NCBI GenBank assembly: GCA_040905465.1
Contig: JBBDRK010000012.1
Coordinates: forward strand, 1-11,637
Direction: 5' to 3'
Length of the DNA: 11,637 nt
Source: Trueperaceae bacterium
GTDB taxonomy: Bacteria; Deinococcota; Deinococci; Deinococcales; Trueperaceae
Of the stretch, positions 6,647-11,637 are shown one piece after another; position 1 is the first letter of the stretch; each line of letters begins with the position of its first letter. Below the pieces are notes generated by a model. That model searched no databases and had not been told where the DNA came from. It saw nothing but the letters and a program-made list of their open reading frames with translations. A program made the translations under genes and the position numbers.

Positions 6647-6659
6647 GGCAGTCCCTCAG
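6643..6659. terminator. Hairpin between convergent genes (possible bidirectional terminator)
   Basis: CTGAGG-cagtc-CCTCAG at the junction of the stops at 6646 (+) and 6664 (-); no U tract. Confidence 0.35.
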
Positions 6660-6663
6660 TCGT

Positions 6664-6981
6664 TCAGCCCAGGCCGATGTTGGCCAACAGGTAGAGCGCC
6701 AGGGCGACTGCGGCCCGGAAGGCGTGATGGCGCCACACCACCCGGCCGAGCACTACCGACGCATTGAGAAGCGACGTGAGTGACGCCAGCAGCAGTCCCG
6801 CGCCCAGCAGCACCCGGGTAAACGGCAACTCGGTGACCATCGCGACTGCCGCAACCATGAGGACGCTGGCGGCAAGCATGAACAGCGCCGCCATCCACTG
6901 CTTGCGGCGGATCACCGCCCAGGCTCCGAAGGCGTTCACGACGGCATAGACGGCGGTTGCGATGAGGGCCAGCAGCAGCAC
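6664..6981 (-). CDS. Small integral membrane protein (about 4 TM), hypothetical, probably leaderless
   Basis: Four hydrophobic stretches separated by basic loops (RRK, RHH); TAGGAT (6992-6987) 5 nt before GTG. Confidence 0.75.
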   Translation of the reverse strand: MLLLALIATAVYAVVNAFGAWAVIRRKQWMAALFMLAASVLMVAAVAMVTELPFTRVLLGAGLLLASLTSLLNASVVLGRVVWRHHAFRAAVALALYLLANIGLG

Positions 6982-7017
6982 GGCTCATCCTACCGTGCCT
7001 GGTCCTGCAGTGCCCGG

Positions 7018-7878
7018 TCAGTCAGCGGGCGCATGCTGCAGCAGCTCCTCGGCTCCGGCTCCGGCCAGCAGGGCTTTCAACTCGTGGACCACCAGCGCCT
7101 TGCTGCCGTGTTTCGCGACTCGGTCGCGCAGCCACAGGTCGGCACCGGAACTCTCGTCGATTATCAGGTGGAGCTCGTCGACGTTGCCGCGCCGCGAGAA
7201 CAGCCTGGCGGCGCCCAGGACCTCCCGGTCGGTAGGGGTCATGCGCGGATCGATTCGCGACCCTTCGGCCCGCAGTCGGCCCGGATCGAGCCGGTGCTGG
7301 CCGATGCCATCGGTCTTGTCGGGGACCACCTTGGCTACCAGCTCGTCGTCGAGAAGCCACGGTTGCCCGACCACGCCTACCGTTCCGCGCCCAGCCGCAA
7401 TCCGGCCCCACGCAGGTTCGCGGATGCTCTGAACTCGCAGGCCGGCCCGGTGCCGGTCCCAGACTCGCCTCACCCGGCCCGGGTCGCGCGCCACCTGCTG
7501 CAACGTCTCGATGACAAGGGTCTCCTGTTGGGGCTCGAGCCAGGCTGGAACGCCGGTGATCGGCGGCAGTCCACCGAGCGTCGCCAGGGCGGCAGGAAAG
7601 TCCGCTACCCAGGGATCCTGGCCCCCGCCTCTCTGTGACTCGCTGCCGGCGTTGAGAGACGGGGCGACAATGACGTCCGCCCGCTCCAGCGAGAACGCCT
7701 GGGCGACGGCCAGCTTGAAGGCGAGCCCGGGCACGGCGGCGACCCGCGGCGACTCCAGCGCCTGCAGGGTCTGCTCGCGGTCGGGCATGATGATCTCTAC
7801 CCCGGCTTCCTCCAGCAACATGCGCCAGAACTTCCCGTAACGGGTCCATAAGAGCTGAGTGACGAAGCCGACTCGCAT
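7018..7878 (-). CDS. Divergent acyl-CoA dehydratase activase-related (DUF2229-like) protein, 286 aa, no cysteines
   Basis: N-terminus MRVGFVTQLLWTRYGKFWRMLLEEAGVEII resembles the family pattern M.VGIPR.L..Y.Y..FW..FF..LG.EV; also D.I.AP, GVVGQPWLLDD and VLGAA..VD. Start set at ATG 7878, downstream of TAGACT (7892-7887). Confidence 0.65.
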   Translation of the reverse strand: MRVGFVTQLLWTRYGKFWRMLLEEAGVEIIMPDREQTLQALESPRVAAVPGLAFKLAVAQAFSLERADVIVAPSLNAGSESQRGGGQDPWVADFPAALATLGGLPPITGVPAWLEPQQETLVIETLQQVARDPGRVRRVWDRHRAGLRVQSIREPAWGRIAAGRGTVGVVGQPWLLDDELVAKVVPDKTDGIGQHRLDPGRLRAEGSRIDPRMTPTDREVLGAARLFSRRGNVDELHLIIDESSGADLWLRDRVAKHGSKALVVHELKALLAGAGAEELLQHAPAD

Positions 7879-7902
7879 AGCCTTGCAGTCTAACACCCCT
7901 TC

Positions 7903-10164
7903 TCAGGCGCGCACTACCGAGGACTCCGCGGCCGCCGCGAGGAGCGCGTCCGCCAGCGTCAGCGCCGCCCGCTTGTCGAGGTACTGATTGCCGTTTCCGC
8001 ACTTGGGGGACAACACGCAGCGCGGGCAACCGTCCTGGCAGGGACAATCGCGCAGCAGGTCGCGCGCCGCCTCTAGCCAGCCGCCAAACCGTTCGGCGCC
8101 GCCTCGGGCATAGCCCACGCCTCCCGGATGACCGTCGTAGATGAACACCAGCGGTTGCCCGCTGGGCGGATAGAGCGGGTAGGAGACGCCGCCGACGTCG
8201 GCGCGCTCGCATAGCACGAACGCCGGCAACAGGCCGATCAGGGTGTGCTCGAGCGCGTGCAGCGCTCCCGGCAGATCGGCTGCCCCGACGTACGCCGCGA
8301 CGTCTTTCACCTCGAACCACAGCGCCTGGGTCGGGTACGACAGTTCGGGAAGATCGAGCAGCCGCTCGTCGAGGATCGCCTCGGTGATGTAGCGCTTCTT
8401 CACGTAGCCGGTGACGGTGGTGGTGACCCGTACCCTGCCGAGCGTCAACCGGCCCGATTTCGATTCGGACTCGAGGATCTCCACGTCGGTCTCGGACCGA
8501 GCCTGGGTGTAGAACTCCTCGATGTGCGGCAACAGAACCGCCCGCCCCTGCTCGAGCTCCAGCGCGGCGACCAGGTAGGTATCGCCGCGGTGAAGGTAGA
8601 CCGCGCCCGGGTGCAGGTCGCGCAGGGCGGACGCCAGATCGCTCTCTCCCAGGACCTGGCCGAACCCGTCGACCAGCCGCACCCGCCGACCGCTGCCGCC
8701 ACGGATCTGCACCCGCCGGTGTGGGTAGCGGCCGGCGTAGCACCATCTCGAGTCGCGCAGGAACAGGCGGGGCCGATCGGCCGGATCGAACCAGGGTGCG
8801 AACACGCCCTCGCTTGGGTGGACTGGCAGCTCGGCGGCGGCGCAATCGGCATGAGGAGGGTGAATCTCGCTGTTGAACGGGTCGGCCACCGCGCTCTCGG
8901 GCCTGCCCTCGGTTAGCAGGTCGGGGTGGTGGAGGTAGTACTCGTCGAGCGGGTCGTTGCCCGGGATCAGGACGGTGAGCGCCCGCTCGCCGCCGCGCCC
9001 GGCACGGCCGGCACGCTGCCACAGGGCCATGTGCGACCCGGGATAGCCCACCATAACCACTGCGTTCACGCCACCGATGTCGATCCCCAACTCGAGCGCG
9101 CTTGTCGCCGCCAGCACGACGATGTCGCCGTTACGGAAGCCCTGCTCGATCAGGCGCCGGTCCTCGGCGGTATAGCCGGCGCGATAGGTCTGCACCAGCG
9201 GAACCAGGGCAGGACCCAATTGCGCCACCGTGTAGCGCCGCAGCAGTTCCGCACTCTTGCGTGAGTTGCAAAAGAAGATACTCTTGAGGCCCGCCCGCAC
9301 GCAGTGGCTAGCCAGCCAGGCTGCCTCGCTGTTCGAACTGCGTCGCCGGCCGTCGCCGCCTTTGATCGACGGCGGTTCCCAGAAGAAGAACTCGCGGGCC
9401 GGGGCGGGAGCGCCGTCTTCGGTGATAGCGGTGAACTGCTCGCCGGTCAGGCGCTCGGCGTGTTCGGCGGGATTGCCGACGGTCGCGCTGGTGGCGATAA
9501 TCCGGGGATCTGCGCCATAGTGACGGGCTAGCCGCAGCAACCGCCGCAGGATGTTGGCCACGTGGGCGCCCATCACCCCGCGGTAACCGTGCAGCTCGTC
9601 CAGGACCAGATAACGCAGGCCGCCGAGGAAGCCGGACCACTTCTCGTGATGCGGCAAGATGCCGTAGTGCAGCATGTCCGGGTTGGTGAGGATGGCGCGG
9701 CCGTACTCACGCAGCCGCACCCTCTCATGCGCCGGCGTGTCGCCGTCGTAGCTGCCCACCAGCCCCGGGTATCCCAGCCGCGCCGCGATCTCTTCGAGCT
9801 TGAGCAGTTGATCGGCCGCCAGGGCCTTGGTGGGCGAGAGGTAGAGCACGCTCTGCCCCTCGGCGATGGCGGCGACCGACGGAACTTGATAGATGAGGCT
9901 CTTTCCCGACGCGGTAGCGGTGGCGACCACCACATTCGCCCCGCCATCGAGCGACCCGAAGGCCTCGGCCTGATGCCGGTACGGGGTGACCTGCAGCCGC
10001 TCCAGCCACAGCCGGAGGCTCCCGCGATGCACGGCGTGCGCTGCCCGCCGCGGCGGATAGAAGCGCAGCGAGGCGATCTGCCCCTCGTATCCCTCGAGGG
10101 AACCGAGCCAGGCGTGGAAGCTGCGCCACTGCTCGGTGATCGCGTGACCGGGGAGAGAATCCAC
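7903..10164 (-). CDS. DEAD/DEAH-box helicase with C-terminal DUF1998 (MrfA/SftH/Hrq1 family)
   Basis: Q motif PYRHQ, TASGKS, PTKALA.DQ, YDGDTP, TNPDMLH, LDELH, SAT, YRAGY, ATSALELGIDIG, QRAGRAGR; C-terminal HALEH, FIYDGHPGGVG and CPCQDGCPRC...CGNGN..LDK. TAGGCT lies 6 nt before GTG. Confidence 0.95.
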   Translation of the reverse strand: MDSLPGHAITEQWRSFHAWLGSLEGYEGQIASLRFYPPRRAAHAVHRGSLRLWLERLQVTPYRHQAEAFGSLDGGANVVVATATASGKSLIYQVPSVAAIAEGQSVLYLSPTKALAADQLLKLEEIAARLGYPGLVGSYDGDTPAHERVRLREYGRAILTNPDMLHYGILPHHEKWSGFLGGLRYLVLDELHGYRGVMGAHVANILRRLLRLARHYGADPRIIATSATVGNPAEHAERLTGEQFTAITEDGAPAPAREFFFWEPPSIKGGDGRRRSSNSEAAWLASHCVRAGLKSIFFCNSRKSAELLRRYTVAQLGPALVPLVQTYRAGYTAEDRRLIEQGFRNGDIVVLAATSALELGIDIGGVNAVVMVGYPGSHMALWQRAGRAGRGGERALTVLIPGNDPLDEYYLHHPDLLTEGRPESAVADPFNSEIHPPHADCAAAELPVHPSEGVFAPWFDPADRPRLFLRDSRWCYAGRYPHRRVQIRGGSGRRVRLVDGFGQVLGESDLASALRDLHPGAVYLHRGDTYLVAALELEQGRAVLLPHIEEFYTQARSETDVEILESESKSGRLTLGRVRVTTTVTGYVKKRYITEAILDERLLDLPELSYPTQALWFEVKDVAAYVGAADLPGALHALEHTLIGLLPAFVLCERADVGGVSYPLYPPSGQPLVFIYDGHPGGVGYARGGAERFGGWLEAARDLLRDCPCQDGCPRCVLSPKCGNGNQYLDKRAALTLADALLAAAAESSVVRA

Positions 10165-10170
10165 GAAGTC

Positions 10171-10224
10171 AGCCTACCGCAGCCTCCGACCGCCGGCGGA
10201 GCGCGGCCGACAGCGTGCTAGACT
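10171..10224. promoter_or_regulatory. Divergent SigA-type -10 elements for the helicase (-) and GT2 (+)
   Basis: Minus TAGGCT at 10176-10171; plus GTGCTAGACT at 10215-10224. Confidence 0.55.
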
Positions 10225-10277
10225 CGCGTCGTCCGAAGGGGCCGGCCGCCTCCGTGAGCCCTGGGCGTTAGGAAGTC

Positions 10278-11522
10278 GTGACAATTTTTCTTGTACTGCT
10301 TTACGGCCTGGTGCTCTCGTACATCGGCTTGATGCTTATGGTGATCGAGGGAATGCTGCGGCCTGCGCGGCGGCCGCGGTCGGCGGCGCGGCCGCCGGTG
10401 AGCGTGATCATCCCGGCGCACAACGAGCAGGAGAAGCTGCCGGCGACGCTCTCCTCACTCGCCCGGCAGAGCTATCCCGGGCAGGTGGAGTTCGTGGTGG
10501 TCGACGATCGGTCCAGCGACGACACTGCCGACATCATCACCGACTTCGCCGACCGCGACCCGCGCTTTCGCTGCGAGCGGGTGAGCGAACCGAGTCAGCG
10601 CCTGGCCCCCAAGGTAAATGCGGTGAACCAGGGCATTCGTTGCTCGGAGGGTGACATCATCGTCACCAGCGACGCCGACTGCGAGTACCCCGAAGGCTGG
10701 TTGGAGGGGCTGGTCAGCCACTTCGAGGACGACGTGGTGATGGTGGTGGGGTATGTCGAGTGCACCCGCGCGGACAGGGCCCGCTCCCGCCTGGCTACGT
10801 TCGAGTCGATCGACTGGTTCTCACTGATGTTGACCTCGCGCAGTCTCACGCGCTTCGGCTGGAAGTTCGCCTCCAGCGCCAACAACCAGGCGTACCGGCG
10901 AAGCGCCTTCGAGGCCGGCGGCGGCTTCGGTGCCGGCGGACGGGCGCCGAGCGGCGACGAAGACCTGCTCACGCAACGTCTCGGCCGCCTGCCGGGCGCC
11001 AGGATCGTGTTCGCCAGCGCGCCCGAGGTCAGGGTCCTGACCCGGCCGATGTCGTCGTTGGGCGAATTGCTGCAGCAACGCAAGCGCTGGGTGTCGCGTT
11101 ATCACCATGTTATGCACTACCACCCCGGTTTCATGGCGTCTATCGCCGCGCTGGGGTTGCAGAGTGTCGCCCTGGCGCTGGCAGTTCCCCTTGCCTTCGC
11201 GGTTCCCTGGATCGCGCCGTGGGTGGCGTGCCTGTGGGGCGTGAAACTGGGTGTGGAACTAGCCGGCATGCGACTCGGTACAGCCCAGCTGGACCGGCGT
11301 GACCTGTTCGGGCTACCGGTCCTTACCTGGGCCGTGCTGCACCCGTTCTTCATCGCTACCGTGGTGGTCTGGTCTTTCCTGCAGCCGGGCGAGTGGCGTG
11401 CGGGCGCTAACAGTTACCGGCGGCGCTACTGGCGCCGGCAATTTCGCGAGGCGGGCCGGAGGTTGCGAAGCGTCTTGCTACGTGGCAGGGGCGCTTCCGG
11501 AACGAGCGGGGACGGGTGGTAG
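10278..11522 (+). CDS. Membrane-bound family 2 glycosyltransferase
   Basis: N-terminal TM; VSVIIPAHNE, VVVDDRSSDDT, K..A.N.G, DADC (DxD), SGDEDLL, QRKRW (QxxRW) and C-terminal hydrophobic helices; AGGAAG before GTG. Confidence 0.93.
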   Translation: MTIFLVLLYGLVLSYIGLMLMVIEGMLRPARRPRSAARPPVSVIIPAHNEQEKLPATLSSLARQSYPGQVEFVVVDDRSSDDTADIITDFADRDPRFRCERVSEPSQRLAPKVNAVNQGIRCSEGDIIVTSDADCEYPEGWLEGLVSHFEDDVVMVVGYVECTRADRARSRLATFESIDWFSLMLTSRSLTRFGWKFASSANNQAYRRSAFEAGGGFGAGGRAPSGDEDLLTQRLGRLPGARIVFASAPEVRVLTRPMSSLGELLQQRKRWVSRYHHVMHYHPGFMASIAALGLQSVALALAVPLAFAVPWIAPWVACLWGVKLGVELAGMRLGTAQLDRRDLFGLPVLTWAVLHPFFIATVVVWSFLQPGEWRAGANSYRRRYWRRQFREAGRRLRSVLLRGRGASGTSGDGW

Positions 11523-11525
11523 ACT
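11516..11525 (+). promoter_or_regulatory. Extended -10 element upstream of sqdB, overlapping the GT2 stop
   Basis: GTGGTAGACT; TAG 11520-11522 is also the GT2 stop codon. Confidence 0.45.
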
Positions 11526-11573
11526 GGCGTGCTATGTGTGGGCCAGGCTGCCCACTCGCTTGGAGGCACACAG

Positions 11574-11637
11574 ATGAAAGTTTTCGTTCTGGGCGGTGAC
11601 GGCTTCTGCGGATGGCCCACCAGCCTGCACCTCAGCA
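11574..11637 (+). CDS. sqdB: UDP-sulfoquinovose synthase (NAD-dependent epimerase/dehydratase family), 5' fragment
   Basis: GGAGG SD (11562-11566), then MKVFVLGGDGFCGWPTSLHLS; the GGDGFxGWPTxLHLS N-terminus is characteristic of SqdB/SQD1. Not in the ORF track because it is truncated. Confidence 0.8.
   Translation, partial: MKVFVLGGDGFCGWPTSLHLS

Noticed and set aside
7903-10164. DUF1998 helicase as an anti-phage system (DISARM/Druantia)
   Set aside because: No methylase, SNF2 helicase, PLD nuclease or other defence genes nearby; size and architecture match stand-alone MrfA/SftH.
1-11637. CRISPR array, IS element or prophage
   Set aside because: No regularly spaced repeats, transposase, terminal inverted repeats or phage genes seen.

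Overview
High-GC bacterial chromosomal segment with no recognisable mobile element. It is most plausibly Deinococcota (Truepera/Deinococcus-like); this is inferred from several leaderless TANNNT-start genes, a minimal tatAC, a CM-DAHP synthase fusion and a desiccation-type ferritin-like protein. Left to right: the 5' part of tRNA-Thr(TGT) on the minus strand with a clear sigma70 promoter; a SigK/RskA-like ECF sigma/anti-sigma pair (minus), divergent from a twin-arginine ferritin-like (Ferritin_2 type) lipoprotein; tatA-tatC; a chorismate-mutase/DAHP-synthase fusion; a multi-[4Fe-4S] protein; a small winged-helix-like protein; then on the minus strand a small membrane protein, a Cys-free DUF2229-like protein and an MrfA/SftH-type DUF1998 helicase; a membrane GT2 glycosyltransferase; and the first 21 codons of sqdB. 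Most notable: (i) two divergent copies of an identically spaced ATCCGAA-N14-GTA ECF-type promoter pointing at the sigma operon and the ferritin-like gene, a candidate self-contained stress module placed just upstream of the Tat translocase genes; (ii) GT2 next to sqdB, hinting at a non-canonical sulfoquinovosylated glycoconjugate; (iii) a DUF2229-like protein without Fe-S cysteines; (iv) an internal twin-arginine motif in the polyferredoxin. All family calls come from motif recognition by eye; no searches were run.
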